Origin: Devosia sp.
GTDB lineage: Bacteria > Pseudomonadota > Alphaproteobacteria > Rhizobiales > Devosiaceae
Direction: 5' to 3'
Assembly (NCBI GenBank): GCA_025352765.1
Contig: JANXSI010000469.1
Span: 1-41,830 of the forward strand
DNA: 41,830 bases
Of this stretch, positions 27,001 to 29,408 are shown one piece after another. Each line of letters starts with the position of its first letter. Position 1 is the stretch's first letter. The notes beneath the pieces were generated by a model, which saw nothing but the letters and a program-made list of their open reading frames with translations, made no database searches and was not told the DNA's origin. The position numbers and the translations under genes are program-made.

Positions 27001-27629
27001 GCATCTTGGGCGGCAAAGGCGATGACGTCATCTACGGCACGCTTGGTGACGACTATATCAACGGCGAAGATGGAAACGACCAGATCTCAGGCGGCAATGG
27101 CTACGACATCGTCGACGGTGGGACCGGCACCAATATCTTCGCCTTCGACCGCAAGCGGGACAAGGTCGAGAACGACAAGCTGGGCAAGTCAATCGTCCGC
27201 CAGAGGCTGGATGCAGCCTCCAGCGCCCTGGTGCTGGGCAGCACATGGATTAGTCCGCTGACCGCCGCCGTCGCAGCCAACGCGCAGACGGCGTCGGCGA
27301 GCTTCGTGCCGAACTCGATGATGGCGCCACGTTTGGGCAGTCTGCCCAAACCTGCCTCTGGCGTCAGTACGACTGCGGCTTCGATCCACCCGCTGTCGGC
27401 GTTGCCGGTCTACGCTAACCCCGCCGTCGTCAACTTCCTCTCCAACGACACTGAAATCGTCCACTCGACGATTGCCACGATCTTCGGACTGAGCAGCCAG
27501 ATCGTGATCAAGGTCGCCAATGAGGATGATGAGGACGAGGAGGAAGACGACGTGATGTTCTTCGACGACCTGACCAACGCGCTCTATCCGCGCCGGCGCC
27601 GGGACGACGACATCGCATACTACGACTAG
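3..27629 (+). CDS. Giant (>9,200 aa, 5'-truncated by the window) RTX-repeat surface/secreted protein, probable adhesin and type I secretion substrate
   Basis: Single open frame from base 3 (KVKVEASDASTIQSNVKIASSVV...) through the tracked ORF 69..27629, so the GTG at 69 is internal. Gly/Ala/Val/Thr/Asp-rich beta-helix-type repeats (VxVxA), many GGxGxDxI/L nonapeptides from about 19600 to 27150, Calx-beta-like VTVIDND segments and an acidic C-terminus. Confidence 0.93.
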   Translation, partial: KVKVEASDASTIQSNVKIASSVVGASDGGLHKLASDIDEKVNGTAIDGDYSLADAVNGELTLKLGDTVTMSPNYVTTGDPRAPDLTLKKGDIVLLSAPGELGTLYEFVLDTIDHPAGSSVHVGFDETGGLNNFTDIGVWKKLDGLKPNATYTYYGSGGDSSHSGGTVVDLTAADFKDQALWQENADYTMLLDGSTGGLRSAGGSSTGIAISFNDLRNGAVALVNNTTVDAAALSVTADSEGTVSAIADVTNQSQGQSAFQQAGFIKGALGKGALLFGGDQSKSQSAVVSTNLILGGTSAKVTGSTVGHAAHDTTPISAIDVTVNATNAATITSDTKTMAVATGNGGNVVALQIANNTIGWERTNLLFATLETLVGDIGQIDGAPTLRHELPYDVVAAIENSTVVSNGAVRVTALSTASINAQISNDATSAATAVINAAEASAYGIVISGNKVSGSTDAHISTNSSITAGSVLVTATDTAAIDTTTGVGASSKVENTYGTDIATKLEGKLIDTFDYTSESGIRTLNFGDKVLVRTVDGSTVTYATYQFMGPNGTELDLSDGSRVGAGEDAPYDSAGYWKQLNTDSLVQKDIAKVALLAAGVEKSVVSPEFGAKAGLFARNQVHGGASASIVDATIVALAAVSVAADEKAKITAHDNSYISAKSSSSLVSVTNNVLGSAKAFIDDSSISKASGAGLTNSLSVTAKTEASISATIDSQIKAESEASGLLLVFNAVGWVPTNLLFDTIDAITGSSELTSDTSDAFKAFKAQSPVDTTAYIHNSHIDVAGAVTLDAKNDASIEAVSGIAADMAKTMTFAIEAKYAVKGSSGAYIIASNKVAGSASAYIDNSADDSEKATDTVNAGGGVSLNSDSSASIKAKVNLTSTATPVNNLDAVAQIVGDLADKLGLGSYSYTDKSGMQNVKVGDTVLKTGDTPKVDVDLFGANPPATFTLGTMGTIRNAAGATYIYVAAADFTEADLAKVDYTDRTKWKPVDLSQYPGATYEYIGPDANGKHPNDDGYTGAPVSINLSNLDFSQFPLLWKKQSSTDYKDALYPNLGNVVTTDASSAGLEIAYNDVRDESKARVENVSVTSGGDVTVTAKGTAEIQAKSVVTVSASGGSGIDGSGAVDAKLGQIVTNMVLGAATASITNASVEASGDVAVHAINDARIDARNYATGVSGATAKALTLAFNTVGWHAENILFATVDAIIGDPLLAHTIYGDPDGADATATITHSSIDADGAVAVTADNVAQINATVSNTAQTVTSALYGASGSDYGLVITSNKAAGKAIAYIDEQSDALTTVTAGKGVSVTADDATKIYANTKLVVDTEVTNDAGLGVIQETLDDLYPADYTAGKGGIAGGVKPVHYGDRIRLTDDYGTPDVTVLESDDLDQTYDVDAGKIVQLGDGSVFKNTTNGTLTVDYATTGDDLSADANWTAIGGNAGSIYIYMGGGSYNDPDAPVPDQVDIDSTDYSDLSLWKEAPETQVLLQGLNLSTSPSSSVGGIVVMNDVRGGSDAEIRNTTVIAAGDVLVSAGESALINATVDNAVTASGGSSIGDLGKDKKKGGTGENADVPDKTTKDVGKGQDTSGAEDPTKIDSKAAKEPAGEEEPEDNVLAVSGNIATNVVLSTAKATISSSTVTTSPITTADGVIATGAVTVAAVDDAEIISDTKNSAYTTGGNTYGVTLAFNSVGYDPQNLLFNGLDAIIGDGLFANQISHGENPAGAEASITNSQITASGAVGVTADNKAIIDATVSNKATSESTSIYGTDGKAVGMMLASNKVSAKATASIDNSNSPTLGVTGTSFKVDAKDDAEITSKSDVLVQTLIKDDYGVSIASNLILLAVDNYQFTTASGYQNVKNGDLLANPADLDSDGKPALYQYTGTDAPINLSSLDFSGNTPPAHWVRYIVGDVVKNIVDNIPGLADGSALGIGGLLILNQVKGGADATIKNADLTVAKDYKFTATSGSKAVTKGDVIASSFDQTTGKPTLYVYTGANATLNLSNLDFTGNTPPTGWVLFVDDNAGDVTVKAQEISVIDATASGTVETTGSGNGSSIAVNGIIATNNIMDSARASIVNGSISGAGADDVSVLADSASTLTATVDATTKSRQVGVGIVLAFNTVGVAGQNFLFNIADVIGGTDIAGPSSTDDVPVYARISGATLDIAGDLTVAATADETITADISNYIEVKRLSLSDENPPAVGVSAVIALNRISSGVDARLGDSSSIDVGGAVVVSAINSSTINAKVVAPSIVLSANPVSEEGATAISIALVIVRNEIGVDVTAEIDKVSHLDASGDITVDAEQNSTIKATGAAAAVALVAGASNATGVTAGGVIAFNKIVGSVGTTISDSTVDVGLTGGAVTVKASNAADIEATAVDAAVNLSIAAEAATGVAIGFVLAFNYVGYLGAITHLEGNSATDNPTNSNASLSPLSTAARIRNSKVTGKSVAVEASTTAKIDAVTGALALAAGLSAEATTTVAVAGVFNMNRVATNTIAAIDGQRDIDSADTNGYDISNDHGHSTIDAGGGGVSVTADAGGEIIATDAAAAVTLSLGGEAATSISVGVSVALNNIANTVRAQISNSSVEQSGSVLVQATNDATIHATAVAAALAVAIGGEASIAVAGGGAVATNDIAGTTLANLTNSSISSYGNVTVNATMQSTITAEIAAVAVALAFSPEASPAIALGVAVALNKINHGNSVEASLDNSSVTANSGRLIVSALSHNTIDAFVVAAAVAVAGGEVGLAASGAGAGTENDIAVATTARITGSGTNGISAAGVSVTAEDRSQITVTVAAGAVAAAFGEVGAGFAIGIAIATNDIANRITAEIIDAASLHGGAYGVLVDAKDQSGIHATAASASLAVAVGEVGVAISAGGAVALNKSTTSVFSKIDNSTITGDGGVSVTAESDATITANIAAVAAAIAGGQVGVGVAIGVSVAINQIGDWDDSAEQSASTGDSNDDDVSDVATAAPVLRANGGTSVVATINNSDVTASGGDVTVTATSGQTIEANVVALAAALAAGQVGIGVAGAGTYAENRVAVRTAATIGGISGNTADINARNITVHATDDQASITAFVGSAALSAAIGEVGVAGAAAIAVAKNVIANDVDAHTSYASLTAQAVPTHTANYKAFVFSAGPDGAFNTGDDLTPVEYTGQALGVGNDGIAGNGDDDYVALVDQNTTFEYGSVAPAPGKITISAHQGAVIDATAAAAAVALAGGAVGAALSVGGAVALNSITGSTSAYADHSSLTAGGDVGVTATNSMDISTMVLAVSAAVGIGGAGFSAGVGASVALNYIGYGIGASKTDQGHLVGVSAYLSNSNVDSFGDLKVSATSTANIDATVAAAAVAVSAGAIAASVAAAGAVTINQVGMNVLAYIDNSGTNGDSVKAATIDVAADDNSTISVWAGAAAISASFGVFGSVAVSIGVAVATNSIDNEVGAYVRGVDTLTARGELDQSAYNTANHYYYTSPVATGFSVDQQTGVVTPILAIGVPVVAGSGSLRVTANSVETVTATAYMASVAASFGVAIAGGGAVVLNDIKSSARSGESGARHGVFAYIDGGAVSATGDITVKADAKDSASGEVGAITVSIGLGLAASGADVENNIAVNVDADIGRVTSFNGRNVIVQATATPQASSLVRAVNVGAVAVGVSEAHANIANTVSASFGGDSNASLINVQSLQVAALNLVGASGKSADAEAIGMVGGLIGVDATIAKASSHNSVNASIGAGSITASRNVGVGAENDSVQYANAVSVAFGLAAAGATTSDARSTGARTSAKIGGNVKINAGNVSVVSAGIDDNRADATPGSIGAVAIAAAVLTTDSTDTQTLAQVGDGTNVPTITVTRPTTQLVGESTDAFNQFEAVAGNLTLAADHLARANTQLVTTAYGLLSGSGATADNWIDSKVDTVVGRGAQIFAANIDIAAVNRFQKDDIGNNIDGSAGGLVSGAKARSDTHLTLNTKTTVNDNATVQVTGKSTEGGMLSIQALNDIFYRETVTYQSAGLGSGVDVHAGLDAGGVLLGLEQDHLTAIVQIGTNPTTTNGNVTIKSAGALELGAHTTANAILNVSVDNYGGVTVSIAQAVIDIRPLNRVIIGKGDTVKGNLDVNLLAGESSGFDHDYYLSQVFSDTFAGSVIPISEMTTNSFIFIRNEIDNEGTVQAGGNIKAYADKDPFADITAQGKAVNWASSAIGALDSLLGGSSHNQTTGSAHENNHALVINNGTFKTGANRQIDILIADNPAYNPNLPFDAVTNNPVKATALNGTSLDGIDLSFQTVAQSTALFAELQADQDALSNYGSKNDDLASFYISEISRISNELLANGYAIVLYDPGYDQFSDPNGFHKHIVAVDQETPVVVISPIHAAAGYIDVRSDVFTGIGTLDAPGDVSVKIRNTSSASLDIQGITIPEDNGGVYFNGFLKRIGGNGDATLANNANASADDGLAGVDAGEAKWPVQLALEGVSRPGFSLAAGFHYTTGTLDDVTSDPTITISNDHGPDQPRVWDTWTDPLNPAFRYLPYTSITVSGAITAISATVKLTTASQPGGDVTINAEITAKHLSITTQGKLVIDLPAGSVLQTGGDPIDSWNNPVTQGMTPVGDNSSDPLNIKRSGYAGLTYNAFAGLWTYNYVQNPSNADVVAKQVNSLLGQGPAKGIYASQIAITAEYVNLNGLIQSGFDTYTIKIDGAAANEIAQIKTKISLGQLAAGLNVINSASANGYKAYWDSVAGKIVLQPFQTPGGEITITGKLLNTGKGQIKVLGGYATVDIENTTSYDVIVKRLDVSERGAGIIILNDKAKASGGDVYQRTTYKTYEDGRVMVTVENMMDATPTGIAPVDTDVVPSYVSVDSANTNGAVAESGIGSSFNASTNYNPVSGWRYGWSVSSSIRQRITTTYGKSDWIGLDALAADPSNIVDVKTEALTQPTLVPGSDYFFQSNVGVYAARPDYTFGTINVVSNSTTRDGNKWSTSTWYGKHTYYVQKITEQDVSTTTTQTIEADRPVSIQILGSTQATVTINSTGGGNVILQGSVLNETGNTTITTNGTLTQNSDDIRVQGVNVSLTANKGIGTSAQSVNVDEVELYPDADAYHGSLPVDAGVDGKFGTNDDIHHQASTIPSLTATANTGNIFIREIDGKMAIATVTASKGDVTLVADGAIVHAHTGAGLITGNSLTLTAGGGIGNNADGTLNLNSSNQQIGKVNLVAGGDIDVTEKVGDLQLQKADASGHNVTITVTDGSLIDADNVVQKDVRSQQALLDLWHSLSLTGDGAAAKAEQAAQAFEDYKLSEYQNYWRLKANVSTGSFTMTDDQAAYIRGIYQTAYRADSSYGTVQDADAAALSAANAAITALSAGNYHLSQAELAYVFGTPPDVAALATAKGAIVAIQQSRSVQYQSLATVYASYGDTYIADIGDAFKFFWAYNNPGARTPGDAYDKATIAAKAAADAKYTDEAKTQYAADARAAVEADGRIALATEFETVTTAKVTGKVTQDGIASLIALLRADGVTTLTTYANQYNTALLNDGDPSNDGSVLNVDDYVAAHIGDYVAQNRHDYLVAHAADLQAYMDANLQPALDAALTVSASDDYVDAHLSSYVIGHLQSYLTAHNIDNYVTAYLAAHTGAIAADVHLALVGKYAAVSQLFSNLPSSTTVDNFFYTTTAPVTQANQVSDPRVYLFTDADTANSYRQGVHVWSESELVNSLGSGLTKAVTDTQVTIENANIKGANVTITVKTDIGTLTGSTIIQKVNNILNLTDDDRVALGAAERQDLVYLSEFTRGATASFGSGKLVDGGPSFGTIKVSGASFGVNANYAEGAYLYIAGDTVNATEGGAYYVIKAVSGDTIYVSGTIQIGNTTPSAVSSLANESGRKIDFGTVIADPMDPGTFSKTYSDDTQVTGSFVNTGYYQGQIQLGAALTGALLNGLQAASADHPVKLYITGTPNTVNDTTSSTAFVAETKDPSGGYLLVTKISNDGKTITLKTGTIFTELTDVPFHIGKVTVAQVKAAPVMTAIVIINRDDVDVSMNGVLNANAGHAIYIGSEDAIALGHVEAGGGTPLDNDNGLIEIKSSQAISNGAAASVVNLKGTTIIIEAAHGAIGAGDKAVTVSGTEGGLTARAQESIWITAPTTSMYVASIYSERGDVFLTADQGDILDAFQDGNTGGAKIVARHVVLTATLGQIGTADNYLEIDITSDLSSPDAKHPDTVLDLAGVGTVSASGHKGVFLSETDGDMNVRGITADQGDVGLKAITGSILDAEYSTVTTEDSNHIVTVLRGGVDVTGNSITLEAQVGIGGASQEFEVNSSVQYDHSTGPNGTLTAKTQTDSIYITESTPGDLFLNQVGSGLAGGVTTLTFITAAAGSMLNGRVVASGGDTRNVTGGKTYLVARNNIGASGNRIISGIANIETWSELDSTWVLNLGGLNVGGVRDGAQYSAEAGGSIDIMATSPVTVSTSSIAHTGDITITAHDDNNDTGTAQDDALPDNVTIRAGVTLEATTGSIYVLAGDDVIIEDGARLSAKKNIEISGDAHTGLNGDVDPDVGHGTTIDIAGDLHANGAIIIRGGADADSITIEHTARLRGETSILAGGGEDSIVVDRLASMVTYEGVDVALKPDSTARDFQRTINPGHDDDGRLLRDRLIIDGEGGTDHVLINVSGAADYVITVTDGGAANNGADVLDIEGVSAKIDLAGGQSGANIDLTQGDLVRANVTATYKYVGTEKLTDLSGIDFATDPHWVLATGTAEVDLAAGALAADVDIKTGDLVRAKTTATYRYVGEPGSADLEHADFTDTDNWVASRQDDDVFLLRENFIAALQKTGVDGTTGFDKYANTFERINYDASINGRVIVGGNTGEDKFFLDDNAAVMTLDGGEDNDSFQVGQVFATDRGYDIHDQLETGDSSIPALEDRFKTTKTTLGYLSYGVTLPAVIYGGEGNDLFTVYSNHADLRLEGEDGNDTFIIRAFALADDVKIKVEGGAGDDVTQYNINAPVDIDGGAGFDKVVVLGTELADVFVVTKDGIYGAGLTIHVANAEAMELDGLEGDDTFYVLSTDKNVVTTIIGGLGSDTVNVAGDVVDRVVSQTTEGETGIISHSVESDDPAYAGLFVRGIDFTAKGDTTPALTVHDGGLTVREDIDPNDASYKDSYHLALPGTYDGAHPAYVTISAAQASAALRKLPHGGGATVEVSVDGGVTWADAVTVKFDGGNWTAGVDVLVRAKHDLAEEGIQKVAISHTVISDDPAINGFAIQNVLVTVIDNDKPGLVVTQSGSTTTVIEGSTLGAAGTNDDYSISLTKQPAVGEVVTVTVAINTPELLASTTTLHFSATGGLVGGFQTHKWDQAQTITLSSLGDSVLENRIEALVTHTINSVGGGSDAVYANATTGSEDEVGVEVIDGNTASVEIIETDGSTVVAKSGDTDKYTIKLTTSPASGKFVKVHIALDGKATVDLAASNAATNLANGAAATRIGSDSNGFYALFDGTDARDVTIVLKFDPNGTAHTDGTRTFAVQPHELTKIAGPLFVIGGEGPEKRTLAHAVALPDEINVPVVVTPPVAGHEDFDRLNVYSDTTANSTTGTLTDHTISGIGIGAGISTPLHVDYHDVNKPNVDLARIIDYKDFGVVEVLLGRGDDTFTVTSSNAATMTVVQGGGGSDLLQVRTTDTGPNAHTALGPIVFFGDTSADGVRYSATNTTVNGNGYAFTNYGNDTLDAGDARGIVVLDGGKGADHLTGGQYSDATSFIAGGIGNDIITGGVNGKNWILGDSAFSLETSKIDAEDDYRNHRVVIDDSAVIAAPTYDLSHVQNNTDVTGADTITIGNASNVVIGDHGLIQQDMLEGEQVLPLEGVLDMLNYREVVRIRTTSTSTGGDDSIETNADDPVEGRKNIIFGGFGNDNIVAGEGSSVIFGDNGEANFVDAKITDARSTDLAHGGSDTITAFNGNHVIIGGSFADSIKAGGGNHVILGDSGEADFDSNGNVSKVFSLHNDDAQAGGFDLYDGIDKIEAHDGSDVVFGGGKGDTINIGSGASVVFGDSGYVELDNHLPVIAYSTDTGTGGDDIINTGVSFDTDTTHAPDGDTIIVGGYGKDVITAEDGNDIVFGDNAKLEFDTVLVGGVETAVLQRGYTIDPANGDNDTIDTGKGRDLIIGGTGSDSIWAGEGDDWVFGDNGLYDVDLPDAQRIISIYATDDVGAGDVIYGEAGNDIIVGGQGGDTIDAGEGDDDVIGDNNIVGGAVGNDNILGGDGEDVILGDNGVIARTITGGTSWKDVTFKLDPEVQDIASIHRDIVRFDNADFLGGNDTIDAGIGNDLVFGQRGDDSIHGGDGDDGIIGGLGKDHLYGDDGKDIILGDEGQILRAFTSPGGAQLNTDGTWHRDVVLEEVAHAVDAVVISSNKGRESTLAADLLAADVLLLGGFLNADGSQMMVGTPSRWNTAVVGLDLEVAYSDYIEGGDQDDVLFGQRGDDTIKGGAGNDTIYGDRASNSAGFVTDLPGIINAYRIVTAASALEFVLPVGGEIVVPAANLLPWEITPYLPQVDVFPNASGPLAGFAARTDITLEADGTRFTVFASIVPDVTRATGVVFGNDNIDGGDGKDTIFGDDARMGPIQETGLSVIDGEIAGLSVSMYNLLKDLSSMGFAVRAAENGAPTTVSFGNDIITGGGDNDTIYGDTGMIVVPASQIGVVGDTLSAAAVKLDRWLMDFETLVSDLSYTARGATEMTVRQFATDHGVETVPFVAGQSMLRPSTFTLDIGNDLIDGGSEDDLIIGDHGIIMVTVIAAGSAPALAGISNAELKTLNAALSADNKALTAKLKAHIAADHAIDTSKTSATTIGGNWVFGNGLGYGLNMGNDQIHGGQGNDVIVGDTGLMQQPNMLTGWTSKTSKSVADALQASFFKVIDRLYLGNLSSKTAKAEAWGVQSVVTDWSSNGSASTWLLDTKDKRQAQLPAKGYITLNADRIWAEDGNDLVFGDFAALMPVVNKTGFAGMITTMRVLPIGETSASQTANLRYVYSFGAQGPLHSASASDVNRRMPFTIDADSILGGKGDDVIYGTLGDDYINGEDGNDQISGGNGYDIVDGGTGTNIFAFDRKRDKVENDKLGKSIVRQRLDAASSALVLGSTWISPLTAAVAANAQTASASFVPNSMMAPRLGSLPKPASGVSTTAASIHPLSALPVYANPAVVNFLSNDTEIVHSTIATIFGLSSQIVIKVANEDDEDEEEDDVMFFDDLTNALYPRRRRDDDIAYYD
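1065..7211 (+). repeat. Long-period protein repeat (about 280-500 aa) in the giant CDS, marked by (F)NxxG(W/Y)xxxNxLFxxxD(A)IxG
   Basis: Marker motif at about 1065, 2187, 3561, 5055 and 6345, and degenerate at 7188, each followed by similar beta-strand blocks and mostly an SNKVxG motif. Confidence 0.8.
19600..27150 (+). repeat. RTX/hemolysin-type Ca2+-binding nonapeptide repeat region of the giant CDS
   Basis: Dozens of GGxGxDxLxG and GD(N/S/H)G repeats, e.g. GGEGNDLFTV, GGQGGDTIDAGEGDDDVIGDN, GGNGYDIVDGGTG. Confidence 0.9.
21303..22400 (+). other. About three tandem Calx-beta/Ig-like beta-sandwich domains inside the giant CDS
   Basis: Repeated pattern (T)V.E...D.Y.I.L...P....V.V.I....F...NW....V.V.A..D...E......H, with units ending in VTVIDND and VEVIDGN. 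Confidence 0.65.
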
Positions 27630-27635
27630 CGGGGG

Positions 27636-27666
27636 GCGACTGGGGCGAAAAGGCGCTTCCGGTCGC
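27636..27666 (+). terminator. GC-rich stem-loop immediately after the giant CDS stop
   Basis: gcgactgg...ccggtcgc arms a few bases after TAG. No U-tract directly follows, but a T7 run occurs at about 27735-27741 after a weaker gggc/gccc stem. Confidence 0.4.
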
Positions 27667-27822
27667 GCTACGGTGTTGTGGGGGGAACGGCGTCGCGTCA
27701 CGAGGTTCGGGCACCTTGCTCCGCTACCTGGCCCTTTTTTTAGGATGCGTTCTTACGCGGGAAGGTCCTGGCCTGCCAGTTTCCCGCATGCGCCCTCGAT
27801 CTGGCGCCTCACGCCACCTGGG

Positions 27823-28065
27823 TCACGCCTCGGCGAAGTAGATCGGGTTGCTGATGGCGCGGCGGGGCGGGCCATTGGCGATGTCGAGCAAGAAGGGGTG
27901 CCGTTCGAGTTGTGGCAGGGCGGCGAGGGATGTCGTGAGAATGCGCTCGCGGCTGGCGATGGCGACGATTTCCGCCCGCACAAAGCCTTTGCCCTCGATC
28001 GGCACCTCCTGCCGCCAATCGGCGTCGGGGATGGGGAGCCGCATGATCTCGACCGTGGCATCGCT
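27823..28065 (-). pseudogene. Orphan 3' fragment of a gene resembling the C-terminus of CehA/McbA-type (PHP) metallohydrolases
   Basis: ...SDATVEIMRLPIPDADWRQEVPIEGKGFVRAEIVA...RRAISNPIYFAEA*. The FVRAEI and A(I/L)SNPIYF ending is recalled as typical of that family. Protein-like sequence stops abruptly near 28065. Confidence 0.5.
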
Positions 28066-28067
28066 GA

Positions 28068-28230
28068 ACCGGCGACCTGATCAAGCAGCCCTGCGCCGAT
28101 TGCGGCTCGGCCCATCGCGTCGATGCTCATCACGACGACTACGCCCTGCCACTGCAGGTCACGTGGCTGTGCCCGCGGCACCACATGCAGAGGCACCGCC
28201 GGCAGATCGTGAAAGGCCCACGCTCATGGG
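28068..28230 (+). pseudogene. 5'-truncated phage-type HNH/zinc-binding protein fragment
   Basis: Frame reads TGDLIKQPCADCGSAHRVDAHHDDYALPLQVTWLCPRHHMQRHRR (CxxC...HHDDY..PL.V.WLC..HH). It is preceded by an in-frame TGA at 28065 and has no credible start. Confidence 0.7.
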
Positions 28231-28240
28231 CGATAGACCA

Positions 28241-28474
28241 TCAGGCGGGGTGGCAGACCTTCTGCGGCACGAGGATCAGCGTGCACGCGAAGTCGCCGGG
28301 GGACTTGCCCGGAGGGCACGACCACTGCGGCACCATGATCGTGTCGCAGCCGGCCGCCGACATCGTGGTGGCGGCGCCGGCACGCGTGCCGATGTTCTTC
28401 GACGCAAAGGCGGGGTTGGCGAGAAGGGGAAGCACGAGAAGCGACGCGACGGCGATACCGATGATCTTCGACAT
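28241..28474 (-). CDS. Small secreted four-cysteine peptide (77 aa)
   Basis: AGGGAG RBS before ATG, signal peptide MSKIIGIAVASLLVLPLLANPAFA, mature part containing CDTIMVPQWSC...CTLILVPQKVC. Confidence 0.75.
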   Translation of the reverse strand: MSKIIGIAVASLLVLPLLANPAFASKNIGTRAGAATTMSAAGCDTIMVPQWSCPPGKSPGDFACTLILVPQKVCHPA

Positions 28475-28528
28475 TTCGATCTCCCTGAGGGGCTGGATTT
28501 GATGTCGCGAGATTGTGCCCCCAGCTCT

Positions 28529-28543
28529 GAACCGACGCTGAAC
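28529..28543. promoter_or_regulatory. GAAC-N7-GAAC / CTGAAC direct repeat upstream of the secreted peptide gene
   Basis: ctgaac cgacg ctgaac with 11-bp period. It fits the alphaproteobacterial LexA box and also the geometry of an OmpR-family site. Confidence 0.5.
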
Positions 28544-28590
28544 TCGGTAGTCAGATTGGGGGGCAGCAGCGCGGCGACCTCCTGACCTCC

Positions 28591-28660
28591 AATAGGGGGT
28601 TTTGCGCATTTTCCGGTGTCTTCAGCGGAAACCGGTGGGTCGGAAAATGCGCGCAGTGGC
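28591..28660 (+). other. cos-like phage packaging region with perfect 12-bp inverted repeat
   Basis: TAGGGGGT G-run, GCGCATTTTCCG (28604-28615) and CGGAAAATGCGC (28641-28652) flanking ACCGGTGGG, directly upstream of a terminase small subunit. Confidence 0.5.
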
Positions 28661-28683
28661 AAGCTAAACTTTGGAGCATGTAA

Positions 28684-29078
28684 ATGGTGAAAAGAGGCCA
28701 AAAACCTTCAGCGCCGCACCTGCGGCTAGTTACCGGCCAGCACCGAGACGACCGCCACGGCGATGTCGGCGAGGTGCGGAAGGCGACTGCGGCTGCGGCG
28801 GCAACATTCGGCAAGCCGGTGTGCCCAACCTACCTCAGGGGCGAGGCTCGCACCGCCTGGCGGATGTTCATCGCGCCGGCCGATTGGCTCGACGCCTCGA
28901 GGGAGCCATCGGCGATCGCCTTCTGCGAACTGTGGCAGGAATTCCGGACAATGCCGGCGAGGTTCACCGCGGCGCGCCATGCGCAAATGCGGGCCTATAT
29001 GGGCGAGCTCGGTCTAACCGACCCCCGCGACGCGGCTCCACAGAAACGGCGCCGGCCGATGAGTTTTTCGATGCGTAG
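28684..29078 (+). pseudogene. Phage terminase small subunit (P27-like), frameshifted near the 3' end
   Basis: MVKRGQKPSAPHLRLVTG...PVCPTYLRGEARTAW...MGELGLT matches the RG.KP.P..L.L..G / P..L...A...W / ELGLT pattern. The natural-looking end APADEFFDA* lies in another frame stopping at 29078. Confidence 0.7.
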
Positions 29079-29079
29079 C

Positions 29080-29355
29080 GTGGTGGTGCTGTTCCCCTCG
29101 GCCACTCGCCGCAGCCTCGTCGTCGAGATTGCAGACATGCTCGAGCGCTACTGGTCCGACCGCGCCTAGGAACGCTGCAGGTCGGTGGTGAGCCAGACCA
29201 TAGACCAAGACGCACGCGAGGCCGTCATCTGGCTAAGCACCGAACAGCTCGAGGCGGAGATCGCAACCGTCGACCTGGCGATCTGCGCCGAACTCGAGCG
29301 GCGAGGCTTTGTCATGCCGGCGACTGACGAGCCAGAGCCAAGGGGCGCAGCATGA
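29080..29355 (+). pseudogene. Phage-associated hypothetical gene (DUF6074-like) with internal stop
   Basis: VVVLFPSATRRSLVVEIADMLERYWSDRA* continues in frame after the TAG at 29167 as ERCRSVV...EQLEAEIATVDLAICAELERRG...PRGAA*. Family assignment is from memory of the FP..RR / AEL.R / GAA* pattern. Confidence 0.5.
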
Positions 29356-29408
29356 GGATGCTCGGCCCCCGCGTTCGCATCCTCAACACCGCTAACGCAT
29401 GGTTATAG
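29352..29408 (+). pseudogene. N-terminal stub resembling the start of phage HNH endonucleases
   Basis: ATGA overlap with the previous stop. MRMLGPRVRILNT resembles L..L.PR...LDT starts and is truncated after about 14 codons. Confidence 0.35.

Noticed and set aside
235-27701. Numerous long antisense and alternate-frame ORFs (up to 726 aa) over the giant gene
   Set aside because: These are shadow ORFs expected from high-GC, strongly biased codon usage. Their translations are Arg/His-rich or mirror the sense repeats and show no family motifs.
27680-27741. Possible sRNA or riboswitch ending in a T7 run
   Set aside because: The stem is weak and I recognise no Rfam family, so it cannot be supported without a covariance search.
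27673-28585. ORFs 27673..28080, 27753..28196 and 27848..28585
   Set aside because: They span the junction of unrelated fragments and are shadows of better-supported pieces.
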